A stretch of 64,000 nt of DNA from Ostrea edulis. Lineage: Eukaryota. Of the stretch, positions 38,255 to 52,100 are shown piece after piece; position 1 is the stretch's first letter, and each line of letters starts with the position of its first letter. Location of the stretch: the NCBI RefSeq assembly GCF_947568905.1, contig NC_079166.1, forward strand, positions 63,302,001-63,366,000, in the 5' to 3' direction. The notes beneath the pieces are model-generated. The model was not told the DNA's origin and did not search any database. It worked only from the letters and a program-made list of their open reading frames with translations. The translations under genes were made by a program, and so were the position numbers.

Positions 38255-38792
38255 TGTCTTATAGAACAAAAACGTTAAACTGACGGATGTCAAGTTGCCT
38301 TAAATGTGCAGCTTTTAATTGCATGCTTCACCTTCATTTATATAAAAATAAAACATTTTAAAATGTGTACGAATTAATGGAAACATGCGGAAGAAATTAT
38401 CGTGGAGCATCGCGGATGTTTAAATCTCATCAAGACAATGAAAACACCAAGCTCTTTAGCTGTCTGGTTTATAATTAATGTAAATCAAACAACAAAACAA
38501 ATAAAAAACAAAAATACTCCCCCCCCCTAAAAAAAAAACAACAACAAAAAACAAAACAAAACAAAGAACCAAAACTTAAACCAAAATATTAATAAAATAA
38601 AATAAAACCTATATGAAAAAGTGTTTTACGACTTGGTATCCCTTACGTACGACATAGCAAGACTATTTTTCTTTTGACAATAATGAGAACGAAATAACTT
38701 TTAAATTATTAGTATTTAAACCCACTGTGTTTAATTATAAAACACATCTGTTTGAAACTTAAACAGAAATTATACCTCAAAACCGGATTCCC

Positions 38793-38794
<2 letters not shown>

Positions 38795-38843
<49 letters not shown>
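38795..38843. repeat. (CT)n microsatellite
   Basis: Direct observation. Confidence 0.95.
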
Positions 38844-38847
<4 letters not shown>

Positions 38848-40319
38848 TACTAGTATTTTCATTAGTAGGCCCGGGGACACTGCATTTTACGAAGATTATC
38901 ACTGCCAAGGGATAGATATTTTTAGCATATGGTTATTCTAGTGAAACTATTTTACCTGAATGTCAAAGGATGACACCCGTTATAATGTTTTCTCACATGG
39001 TTCCCCCATTAATCACATGTTTAATTTTAATCACTGTTCGTTATCTTTTTCATATTTCCCCGTTAAGCAGATGTAACATATCATCATGTATTTCTGTTAT
39101 ACCAATATATTTGCATTTACTTTTTAATCCTTCTATATAAGACTTTAGAAAGTTTTTTATCATATTTGCTTATAACTGTAGAGACCGAATCACTAAATTC
39201 CGTTCGGCGTATGAACACTGTCGTGCACGTCGTCTGTATCTCGGCCCCACGTCAAACTTCCGCCAGAGTTCGTTTGCTTACAAACCAAACTCTTCCAGTT
39301 AGACATTATGGGATAGCGATTTCTTAGGCCGCGTATACTGCGTGACGTCACTGTAGAATGACAAAAAACATGTTCGTCAAACATAAACAACTTACAAAAC
39401 AAGAACGTAAACATCAAGTTCATTACTTTACACAATAATTTGAACAGAATCTCCCTACTTTTTAATGATCTTTTGATCATTTTATGTTTAAATAAATTCC
39501 ATACTTTTATATTAATGTTCCTAATGTCAATATCTTCAAACTTTTAACTACGAACTACTTCTTTAGTGTTATTTGCCTGCGTGATAATCGCGGACTCACA
39601 ATATACAAATCTGTATATTGTACTGCGTCACATAGGAGAGGTCTATTCGTAGGTGACGTAATGAGGCCTCGACGGGGAACTTGGGCCCCACGTGTGCAGA
39701 ATGACAACAGAACTTTGTTGCGCATTCCTGTATCAGACAACGTACATGCATCTCATTCGATGCCTAGATAAGTTTATCTTACGTCAATGTGGTTAATGTT
39801 ACCGATCAAACACAAGTACATGTAATTAATTTAAATGCGGGGTTTCTCAACAATTCTTCTCCAGTAATTGTACTTTCAATTTCTCGAAGTGACAACATGA
39901 TTGACTGACACAGATTTACTACCTTATAGTGGTTATACCTACGCTGCTTATAATTAGATAAATGAACTGAACAAAGTCCAGATTGTACAATTTTGTTAAT
40001 GATTTGATGTTTATGGTATTCAATTGAAAATCAATTCAAGAATAGGATTATTAATTTTTTTCAGCATTTCGCATTCGTTTTTCTTTTACGATATGACATC
40101 ATATGTGTTGTTCCATGGCTGTTCCTTTAATCGCTACTTACCCAAAGGATAAGGTGTGAATTTTGAAATATGTATAAAACTGCACACATTTTAAAAGGGT
40201 TTTAAAAATGTAAATATAAGCGATGAATTATTGTTTTTCGAAAAATGTCGTCTCGTAACTGCAAAGGTGTGTGCAAACAAATTTTATTCATTTTATATCC
40301 ACACACGTGCCACTACATG

Positions 40320-41610
40320 GTTCCCCCGCTATACCGACTTAAGCCTTTATCACACATTCCCTGGTATACTAATATAACCTAACATTACATATTTCCTCCG
40401 TTATTCTGATCAATACATCACACGATTCTCCGCTATACTGATATATCACACGTTTCCCCGCTATGTTGATATACCACACGTTTCCCCGCTATTTATATAT
40501 CACACGTTTCCCCGCTATACTGATATATCACATGTTTCCCCGCTATACTGATATATCACACGTTTCCCCGCTATACTGATATATCACACGTTTCCCCGCT
40601 ATACTGATACATCACACGTTTCCCCGCTATACTGATATATCACACGTTTCCCCGCTATAATGATGTATCACATGATTCCCGCTGTTCTGATATATCACAC
40701 GTTTCCCCGCTATAATGATGTATCACATGATTCCCGCTGTTCTGATATATCACACGTTTCCCCGTTATACTGATATATCACGTTTCCCGCTATACTGATA
40801 TATCACACGTTTCGCCGATATACTGATATATCATATAATTCCCCGCTATACTGATATATCACACGTTTCCCCGCTATACTGATATATCACACCTTTTCCC
40901 GCTATACCGATATATCACACGTTTTCCCGCTATACTGATATATCACACGTTTCCCCGCTATACTGATATATCACGCTCCCCCGCTATACTGATATATCAC
41001 ATGTTTCGTCAATATACTGATATATCATATAATTCCCCGATATTTATAGGTTATAGACTTTGTATGGGAACATATGACGACCGAGTTTTTTGGTGCGTAG
41101 ACGGACCGAGCTTGCGAGGTCCGTCCGCGACAAAAAACGAGGTCGTCATATTTCCCATACAAAGTCTATAACCTTTTTATTATATACTTTCAATTTCATT
41201 TAGAAACTAACAATAATTTTATTTTTAACAATAACTTTATCGGTTTAACTGAGTAAAAGATGAAAAACACGAAAAATTTGAAAATTAACGGCGTAGAAAT
41301 TTGATTGTGACGTAATGTTTGCGGGCCGGAATGTTTCCGGGCATATATCGTGTGATATATGCCCGCAAACTTTTACAGAAAAAAGAAGAGATGAAATTGA
41401 AAGTATATAATAAACTGATATATCACACGTATCCCCGCTATACTGATATATCACACGTATCCCCGCTATACTGATATACCCCACGTTTCCCAGCTATATT
41501 GATATATCACTCGTTTCCCCGCTATACTGATGTGTCACTCGTTTCCCCTCTATATTGATATATCACACGTTTCCCCGTTATACTGATATATCACAGGATT
41601 CCCCGCTATT
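40320..41610. repeat. 28-bp minisatellite interrupted by an insertion at 41049-41414
   Basis: Unit tatcacacgtttccccgctatactgata (40501, 40529, 40557, ...); the array resumes after 41414. Confidence 0.95.
41049..41414. mobile_element. Double-hairpin non-autonomous element (A..A' B..B'), possibly Crypton-like
   Basis: Palindrome 41049-41173, then IR pair 41176-41199 / 41391-41414. No TSD seen. Confidence 0.55.
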
Positions 41611-41831
41611 CCGGGTTAGAATAGAGTCTCATTACCCCTTGCTTGTTGTAAGAGGCAAAATCCGAAGCCCCGGGCCATGTCACACCAGGTGTGGCATGAT
41701 AAAGATCCCTCCTTGCTCAAAGACTGTAAGTGCCGATCATAGGCCTAAATTTTGCAACCCTTTGCAGGCAATGATGATGTTTCCATATGAGTGAAAGATT
41801 CTCAAGAGGGACATTAAAACAATATTCAATC
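41609..41831 (+). mobile_element. SINE-like family B
   Basis: ccgggttagaatag head, gtggcatgataaagatccc core and aacaatattcaatc tail. Confidence 0.8.
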
Positions 41832-43086
41832 TTATCGGATGATTCAGCTTCGTCAACCATTTTTAATTTTAGTGAAGTCGCGGCGGGATTATTCGTATTA
41901 ATTTTTTTTTTACCGACGTCGGTGATTTTCGATTTTTAAAATGGCAATTGATTATTCACATCCTTTAAGTTATAGCGACCGACCATCGAAAGTCGGCGAT
42001 AATCGGAACATCACTATGTTTAGTTATACTTGTCTTGTATTAACAGGAATTAAAATGATATCGGAAATTTGAGATCTCTTCATGGCAAAGAAACATTAAC
42101 CAGGACGACACAAAGGTAACCATAATTAACTTTAATAAATAGCAATATCATAAACAGAACGAAAAGAAATAAATACAAAGTGTATGAATGGTAATTATAA
42201 TTAAATGTACACACTGTGGTAAACTGTATGTGGATCGTTGTAAATATGCCATTTTATTCATATGATTATGTCTCAATAGCCCTGGGAACAATAAAAAGAT
42301 GAGGCAGAAAAACTTATTGCAGCATGATCAAAATAGACCCCCAAGAAAGGGAGGGAAAAATCAACCAATGTGATATGTTAACAACATAACGCCACCTTTA
42401 AAAACAAATATTAGCTACAACGCATGTCAAATAAAACTGAAATGTTCTAATGACACAGATTGTACTTCATACCTTTAAGTAGAGCAAACTCATGACTTGG
42501 GATTCATGGAAGTATTTGTAGATTCTAACCTCAATTTCGCCCACTACGATAAGCACTTGGTAGAACGATCATTTACATTTTGTACATGTAATTAGGAATC
42601 ACAGACATTTTTCTTCTTCTCTTTCCTCGCAATGACTTTTAAAAAAAGAAGTTATCCATCAGAAAGTTTAATTCGGCCATGTATATATAACTGCTTATGT
42701 GTGTTACATGTAGTTTCGACCATATACATATTTCTTCGTCCAGATTGACCCGATTAACAACAGTGATTATATATGTTCCGGGAACGACATTTCTTGGGTT
42801 GAATTCTCATAATTATGTACTATTTGATCAACCAAATCTTAATTCACGAACAAGAGTTAACCATCCTCAATAACACATAGCATAAACGAAACGTTTGAAT
42901 TTGGCAACCAATACATTATTGAAAAGCCGTATAACATCTTAATACATCGTCACAAATCAATAATGCCATTGTTTGGGTCCTGGGATCCATTGTACCACCC
43001 ACTTTCTGCTTTCTCCATGGACAAACTCCTTATCTGATTTTGGATCATTCTCCATCAAACTCTATGACCAAAGACCAAGGAAAGGT

Positions 43087-46000
43087 TCAATGTCCATCAG
43101 GGTTAGGTGGACAAAGATCTCGTCTGTTACCCAGAGATCCGCACCGGAAATTGCGCTCTACCTCTACACTTGGGTGATCTATGATTCCTCTCTGTAATGG
43201 TCTCCGGATCCCGAACGTCTTTAAAGTGTTGCCATGAATATCTAAGACATTACCAAGTGCATCAAACGCCTGAAATTAAGAATCAACCAAGGAATGAATC
43301 GTGCTGCTCATAAACATTTCGTTCATTTGCTTTTCTTCACATTTCAGTGTAATAATCCTAACCGCCAGCGCTGATTTAGAAATAGCACAATCGTAATGAA
43401 GATATTCATGTGTAAAAGTAAAATTGTAACATTTCATGTCAAGGAATGATTTATTTTCGATTGTATCACACAATTTAATTGTTTAATAGGCATTCATCAC
43501 ATTAGTTTGTAAAGAATTGTCCGCTGCTACTTAGCATATGACAGCCGCCATTACAGTACATGCTCAGAATGTTGTAAAAACGATTATGCTCTGCTTCAAC
43601 ATTAGATTCATATTAATTTTGATATGGGTGATTTGAATTGTGTATCCAGGTAAATTTTCGACCCCCATTTCATATTCTACGACTTATTCGCCCTAATCAC
43701 AAGTCGGCGAATTCAAAGCTGGATTACTAGTAACACAAATTGAATCATTGCTGTCTGATGTGTTTCATACCGATTGTTAGGCCGTTCTTGGCACACTAAT
43801 GTTGACTACGGATAACTCCGTTTACCTGATCAAGATATATTACTCATGGCGGATGCGACCGGTCGACAGGGGATGCTTACTCCTCGTAGGCACCTGATCC
43901 CACCTCTGGTATATCCAGGGGTCCCGTGTTCGCCCAACTCTTTTTTGTATTGCTTACAGGAGTTATGAGATTGATCACTGTTCGTTATCTTCACCTATCA
44001 TTGCTCTAATGTAACAAATATGGCTTTGGACGAATTTAAAAAGGAAAGAAATTGTTTATCTTCACCTTTTGGCGATGATAAAACTGGGCGAAAATATGCC
44101 AGTATACAATACATGAAATGTTTTACAAGCTTGCATTATAAAATGAATCTCATACTTAGATTTCCTGTCTAGAATGATACTACAAGTCACTCTCCTTCAC
44201 AGAACTGTCGTTAGTGAAATAGTCATCATTAGTACTACTCTACAACTTACTTTCCTTGAAACTTTGATTGGACATCTCATCACTATCCACTGAACCGTTT
44301 CAAAACATGGGGGCGTGGTCAGTGAACCTTGGTAGGTATAGAAACTCCAATCGTAAGGTAACACGTCACTCAGAGAAATCTTCTCTTTAACTTCAACGTA
44401 AGAGTTTTCAATCTGCTCTGAAATGAAATGGATTCAAACTGAAATTATCTGGGATAAAAATGTGAGCAAAACAAATTCTTTATTAATCGGAATGGAACAG
44501 TTCGTTGGTGCGAAAACTGAAAAATACCACAGTGTACTTCAACTCAGCAACTATTTTTAGACTAGAACATTTTGTACCCTCAGTGTACCACTACTCTGAA
44601 AAGAACTATGCATTTGGCCCTAACTGTGTGAAAAATACATGATAAACCGTTCGAGATATTTTATAAATTGAAATGAATTATTTTTTCTGTCTACTGATTC
44701 ATCATCACTATTAAGCGTTTGTTTTATTTCTACTTTAAAACAGCTAATGCAGTACCGATTGTGGTAGCTCTATGACAGAGCGTTCGCTTTGTAACAGGGA
44801 GGTCGTGAGTTAGAACCCCCCCCCCCCCCCCCGTGACAACGAACAGTGATCAATCTAATAACGCCAATAAGAAATACAAGATAGCGTGTTCGGCAAAAAC
44901 GGACCCCTGGATATACCAAAGGTGGGGTCATATGACTAGGAGAAGTAATCATCCCCTATCGACCGGTCACACCGGAGGATTATATCTTGATCAGGTAAAC
45001 GGAGTAATCCGTAGTCTAAATCAGTGTCAAGAACGGCCTAACAATCGGCACGTATGTCATACAGCATTTGACCCAATGATAGGCATTTTCGCTAGCCAAG
45101 GGTTTACGATCCGTTCCGCTTCTATTCACGCCTTGGCTGTGCTAGCATGATTTTCGTGTCAACAATTTCCTGCATATGATTGGACGCAGGCCAAGTCCCC
45201 TGCATCTAATCAGATAGCGTGTTACGTTACACCACGTGCAAGACCGATGAATGTGTAAACAATTAGTCATTGTCTTCAAAACGCCTCCATTTAATCAGAT
45301 TTTCAGTCTCCATACAACATGGCGGTGTGTAGACTGTGCCACGAGGCTTTGTCTGTGAAAAAAAAAGTGTATTGATTTTAAATGATTCGCGTATAACATC
45401 GTGTAACTCACTGGGCGCAGCTATTTTTATTTTAACAACACATAAAGTGTAGTTAAAAAACAGATTTTCATTGTTTGGACATGATGTAACCCAAACAGAG
45501 TGTGTTGTCTCCATCCGCTAGAGGACGCCACTCAAAGTTACGAAAATCATGCTAACGCAGCCAAGGGTTGAATAGAAGCGGAGCGGATCGTAAACCCTTG
45601 GCCAGCGAAGATGAATGATAGGTTTTGTTGGCAAACTTGATCATTATAACGGCCATAGAAGGTGCAAAATGCTGACTTTAAACGAGACCGTGAAGCCCTG
45701 TAACATCAACTTATTTGTGAGATTAACGGGTATTTCGGATATGACCTTTAAAACGGAGGTCCCGTGTCGTGACAGGCGTTGTCACGCTAAAGAACCCTCA
45801 CTGCTGGGGCCCAGGGACCAGTTGCACACAAGTTAATTAAGTTTAACTGACAGTTAACTTCAAGTTAACACTATATAAATGTTAAAGTTAATGGCAAGTT
45901 AATTGTCAGTTAAAGTTAACGAATCATCGTGCAACTGGGTCCTGGGCGCTACAACTCCTGACGTTTCAATATCCAAAGGACGTAAAAACAAATAAACAAT

Positions 46001-46146
46001 CAATCAATCTAGTGCAACATACTGAATAATAAGGTTTATTTTTCTACTATTTTGAGATGTGTCTATGCTTTAAGAATATCGATTATTGTCTTCAAGTTCC
46101 CAATAAATGTGAACAGCAAAATTATTGTTTTATTTTTAAAATCAAA

Positions 46147-46182
<36 letters not shown>

Positions 46183-49100
46183 AAAAAAAAATCGAGGAAT
46201 TTTAAAGTCTTATATCTATTATGTTCTAAAATTTGTGGAGTCATCGGGATTTTTTCTGTAGATATTATACATTTTAAAAGCTGTGCATAGAATCTTCGTT
46301 AAAGCAGATTAAAACGTTGTTTCAGAATTTAGAGAGTTAAATCAGACCCATACTATACAGGTCTTTAAATTCTCATTGAATACCTTATAGCGGGGTTTTT
46401 TTTCCCGCGGGATGATAAATTTGGCTTGTTTTAGCGGTATGATAGCCAAATATGCAACCAAATGCGACTTCAATATTTGCAAGAGAAATAAATCTTCCTT
46501 GTCTGCCAAAATTCATTCCGCTAAAATTAGTAGCATACCTTTGAGCAATCAAATCGCCAAATTTTAGACCCGCGGAATAAACTCTATGCTGTAGCAATTT
46601 TCTTGAACCGATTTCATAGCGACGCGATTCATCGTCATTATCTTATTTTGAAACCATTGCAATGCACCGTAGATATGAGATACTATTACACATCGATGTG
46701 TAAGCAAAACGATAATGTAAGACTAATAGAATCCTTCATTAGTACGAGTGTGAGATAGGGAAATTCCACCGAGGGGACAAGATTCGCAGTCTTCGACGAG
46801 GCTTTGCCGAGTCCTAGACAGCGAATCTTGTTCCAGAGGTGGAATTTCCCTATCCCACACGAGTAAATAATGAAGGATTATTTTTCTCACATTTTAACTA
46901 CAGTTTAGTGCATAAAATTAGGAGTTTTCAGAAAATTTTAGATTATCAAAATCCTCATTTGAACTCCGATGCAAAAACTAATTAGATAGGCAGAAAGAGC
47001 ATACCCGAAAATGGTTTACACTGTAAGTGTAAACTAAAAACCCCAAGGTTGTCCACCAGAAAGCTATACTACATTAAAATTTAAAGATAACAATGCAAAA
47101 TATTTTTACTTCACTGTGTAACGTAGATCTTCACCGTGTAACGTAAATCATAGAAAATATGTTACGTCAATCAAATGACAGAAAAATCTCACATGGCCGT
47201 CTCACATGGGTAAAGTCGATCTCACACTGGTGATAATGTGAGAAATAATTATCCTAATTATAACGAAGTGTTAGATACATGTTCTTCATTCAATTCATAA
47301 AAACGTCATGATCTGTAGGTGTTAATTGCTTTCATTACATGATAATCCAAATATTATTACAGAAACATTTCATTTCTGTAAAACAATATTGGGGAATTAT
47401 CTTTATGGTTGATATGTAAAAAAAAATTTCTTCCTTCATCAATTCTCCCTGTTACTGATAGTTTTATTTTATGTTTAAAAGTCTGCCTGTAGAAAATGAG
47501 AAATTCCTCATAGTATAGATATGATAACACGTGGCATCCCAGACATTGATCACAATACAGACAGCTCATAATATATCAGCCCCCCCCCCCCCCCCCCCCC
47601 CAACGTTTCTTGTTCCAGAGGTTTGCTTGACTACAATGTATTTCAGCAATAGTAATAACTTCCCTGACACAAATGCATTGGATAAGAAGATGTAGAGCAG
47701 AATTATCCCCATATCACTAAAGAAACGAGAGTTATCTGCCCTTTATAATGGTTAATGTAGTGACTTCAATGGCAGATCAGGTCCAACACAAATATCATAA
47801 TTTAATTTAAATAAAAGCAATGTTATATTTCAACATTATATAAATATATGATATAGCTTAATAAAAGAAAAATGGCCGATTGCAAAACTTAAAAGTACGA
47901 AGTTCTGCCTGGCTTTCCATTGAAAGCATCTTAGCCACAGACAAAATATTCACTATGGTAAAGAACCAGCCATTTTCTACTATACCTGCATTTTTCTCGG
48001 GTCTATGCTTTTTGATGATAGTGTAGTATTTCTCCATTAGATAACTCAGTCGTCTGGCACTTTTCACTCTACATCCGCCGGAGTCTGCGCAAGACGGACC
48101 TCGCCAGAATGCTTGTCGTCTGTGTCGATGAAATCGACGTTGAAAGGGAAAGATAGGCTTCCTGTACGATTTTCGTCGATTCGGACGTTTAATCTAAAAA
48201 CGAAATTGTTAATGTTGCAGTTAGGTCACAAGCTTACAGCAAAAAAGCAGACGTTATCACGTGTATTCAGAATGTGTACATTGTAACATATTCAGAATAT
48301 GAGTTTTAAGAGTAGATGGGTATACTACTTCTTTAACCCTGTGATCAGAATCGTTACGGCATGGGGAATCCATGATGTGTACCTGAAGTTTACCAGTGTT
48401 ACTTTGGTAACGAAACAGTACTGCTTCAATGTCATCTAATTTTCGATAAAAGCATTGGACTTTCGATTTCACTTAAAGCTGTATGACCCGACGTTCATGA
48501 ATGTATTATTTTTGTACATAATTACTTTAAAGCAGATTAATTACTTTCCCTTAATTACATGCTTGAAAACATCTGCATGTAAAAGAAAACAGTGCGAATA
48601 TTATTTAGAAAGTAAATATAGTGGGTACATATATAAATCATCCCATAATAGACGTCTATAAGTAGACCCACGCGCGTCAGGGGAATCCCAACATGATGTA
48701 TTAACTCACACGCAACTGTCTAGTTTTAAGGCTGAAAGAGAGTAAAACAACGAATTACGAAGAGGTATTTGATATTTTTATTTTTATTAAACTTGTGGTA
48801 CGGTACTGTTATAACAAAATACACAGCTTTACACAGATAAGACCACCGATGATCTGAAAGTTTGAACTGGTCACGTGACTGTCACTTGAAATGGCAGAGT
48901 GACGCGGTTATTTGTAAACATCGATTTAAAATCATATAATTTGGGTTAAAACAGGTGAAATAATTCATGACATGTCGTACAGTCTCATAACTACATATAT
49001 GCGATGATTTAATAGCGTTTTTACGAGATGGAAAAAAATATTGTAATTCGGACCATATAGCTTTAAAGAATAGATATCACAAAATATTCATAAATGGAAT

Positions 49101-52100
49101 AGACATCACAAAATATTAATAAATGTGAGTAGGTGTCTTCGCTGATTATACAAAGTACCCCCATGCTTCCAGCATTTGTATGATGTGAATCAAATTTAAT
49201 TCGCGAGAATATTACCATCGTGTGATTTTGCGAGACTAACAATTCGCAAAAATGTAGTCCTCGCGAATAAACTCCAACACAATGAAGACTTGAGGAATTC
49301 GCGAAAAGGATGAGTCCCGCGGATAAATACATCATTTTATCTACACGAAAATAAGGCCTCGCGAAATAAAAATGATATACATTACCACCATTATATAGAA
49401 AACCTCTTATGGATTAATATTTGGCTAGAATCGTTACTGTGTGTAGGTTCTACAAAGGGAGACAACAACGTGTAACATTTATACTCATGGGGAACTTAGA
49501 CAATTCAATCTACGGTATATTTTCCTTTTCAAAATCCCTTGTCGTTTATAAACCATCAAATCATACACCAAATGCGTGGTAATCGTTTGCACCTAATACA
49601 ACATATACAATTGTGAATATTAATAAAGGAAGTTACATGTATTCAATGTCAAACCCATTATCACAGAATTCTAGACTTCTTTTTTAAAATTAAAAAAAAA
49701 AAAACATAAAAAAGAAAGCAACATACTTTTGGTTCTCCCTCAATCTGCAAAAGGAAGTAAAACCAAAATTTATTATCGTGGCATGGTTTGTTTCTCGTAT
49801 ATTTCATGTCTATATATTCTGCACATGTGATTAATCAGCCATGCGATTTTTAACCTGCCGTAAATCGAATGTATGTCTGGTATAATAAACTCTCATCGCA
49901 TCGTAAGTGTCTTTTTAATTTAGATGACCCTAGTATTCTATATACAGGGCAGGTCCATAAAAATAACAGCTGTCTACAGTGAATCCTCAATGAGATTGAT
50001 GAAACCTCAAACACATTTAAGACATACAACAGGCAGCAATAAAGGAATAATGGACCGTCCACCATTAAGTGTTCGATGTATATAGCTTTCATTTCTGTCA
50101 TCATAAATTAATGTTACATCTTAATAAATTAATGATAAATCAAATACCGATCACAAGGAAATCAACAGGCACGAGGAAGAGCGATAGCTATGTTGTATTG
50201 CCTGACACAGTATATACTGTGTGATCATCATAATTGTTCAAACTCTCTGTATTGTGGTTAAATATTTAGAGGAGCGATTTAACAGTTTTTGAACAGTAGA
50301 TTGTAACATTATATTGTAACCCTATAGTGTAACAAAACATATATATTGTACAGTATATTGTGACAGTACATATATATTGTACAGTATATTGTGACAGTAC
50401 ATATATATTGTACAGTATATTGTGACAGTACATATATATTGTACAGTATATTGTGACAGTACATATATATTGTACAGTATATTGTGACAGTACATATATA
50501 TTGTACAGTATATTATGACAATACATATATATTGTACAGAATATTGTAACAGTACATATATATTGTACAGTATATTGTGACAGTACATATATATTGTACA
50601 GTATATTGTGACAGTACATATATATTGTACAGCATTTTATGACAGTACATACTGTAACAGTATATTATAATAGTACATATATTATTATATTGCTATTTAT
50701 CACATAATGATGGCTTCTGTTACAGTAGTGAATGCAATCAGTGAATCAGCGCTACTTCTACACTACATAAATCGTACCTCAATTTGAACTGCAAAAATTG
50801 TACGAAAATTTAGACCAAATAAATCCTACCTCCACCATGACTGCAATAACCGCCAGTGCCCCGGGCTGTGTCTGGGCTTCCTCAATGTTCTCGTAGCGGT
50901 CATCGAAGAATACCATGTGTGCCTACAAGTAACAAACCCCTCATTGTTATAACCATGTGCACCAACTTTCGTTAAGAAACATCAAATTGACTTTAGAGTT
51001 AAGAAGGTCATTGTAGGATGCTGTTTTAGTTAAATGATTAATGCCACTGTTAGCCGCATTATGAGGTTTGGAATAAATAAAATGCATGCTTAAGGCATAA
51101 TCTGAACTAAGAAATTGACAGATTTTTGCTTTTACGTTACTTTTAAACGTAAAATGAGCACTTTTCTGTCAGTAAATGAAATTTAACTTGACACTCTGTT
51201 GCAGGATAAAGAACAGGCATTGTGATTGACTTGAAATGTACGTTTTGGGATAATAATAATAATAAAAAAAAACAACTAAAGAGGCCTCCTCTAATCTCGT
51301 CCTTTATCATGTTTTCTGATGTATCATTTATATTTCACGACAGAAACCTTGTACATTCTGTATTCTATTTACATGTATACAAATAGAAGATTTAAGTAGA
51401 ATTATCCATAACTATCATACATAGAATTATTTATTATGGTACATTGATTAAAGGGTCAAAATTGTTAACGATATCATTTTTTTTACTTAAAGTAATTTCA
51501 CCCTCCTGTGATGTCATCAGATTTTGCAAAATCAATGATTTATTTAGATTTATTAATGATAGAAGCATAAATTTCGTTGGGTTTTTTCCCCGATAGTTAT
51601 TGTAAACAATGTTGTTAAAAATAAGATATCTTAAAAGTTTAAGGTATATACGAATAATCATTGATAAGTTTCAAAATATTGAGTCCAAGGGCAATAACTC
51701 TGTTTTTACTGATTTCTTTATCAAGTCCACTATGCGACATATTTCCTTTATTTTTCAAAGACATTTTGTGTATTTTTGTAAAGAAACAGTTTCATGAAAT
51801 CGTTACCAATACTATTCTTTCATTAAAAACAGTTTTCGTGAAATTTTGATAACACTGTTTAAGGAAAATTGCAATTTTCTGACGTTGATATATGCATGTT
51901 TCGCACCTTAAAAAGTGCGATGACCTATATATTTCATTTTATAATTTATTAGTTTTAACTCTGATAAATTGAAATAAATACACTTTTATCAGATAAAAAT
52001 GCGATTATGTAGTTACCTTAATACTAGTGAATTAAGATGTCAAAATTGTTAAAGATATCAAAATTTTACTTTATAATAGTACATAATTATGTAGATCAAA

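Noticed and set aside
39343-39350. Perfect CRE palindrome TGACGTCA about 1.1 kb upstream of CA-B
   Set aside because: An 8-mer can occur by chance (another is at about 814-821), and it lies in repeat-like sequence.
48257-48472. 71-aa minus-strand ORF next to CA-A exon 5
   Set aside because: Exons 4 and 5 join in phase without it, it has no CA similarity, and there is no equivalent in copy B.
50266-50619. 117-aa and 88-aa ORFs with a 31-aa repeat
   Set aside because: Artefact of a stop-free 31-bp minisatellite lying inside a CA-A intron.
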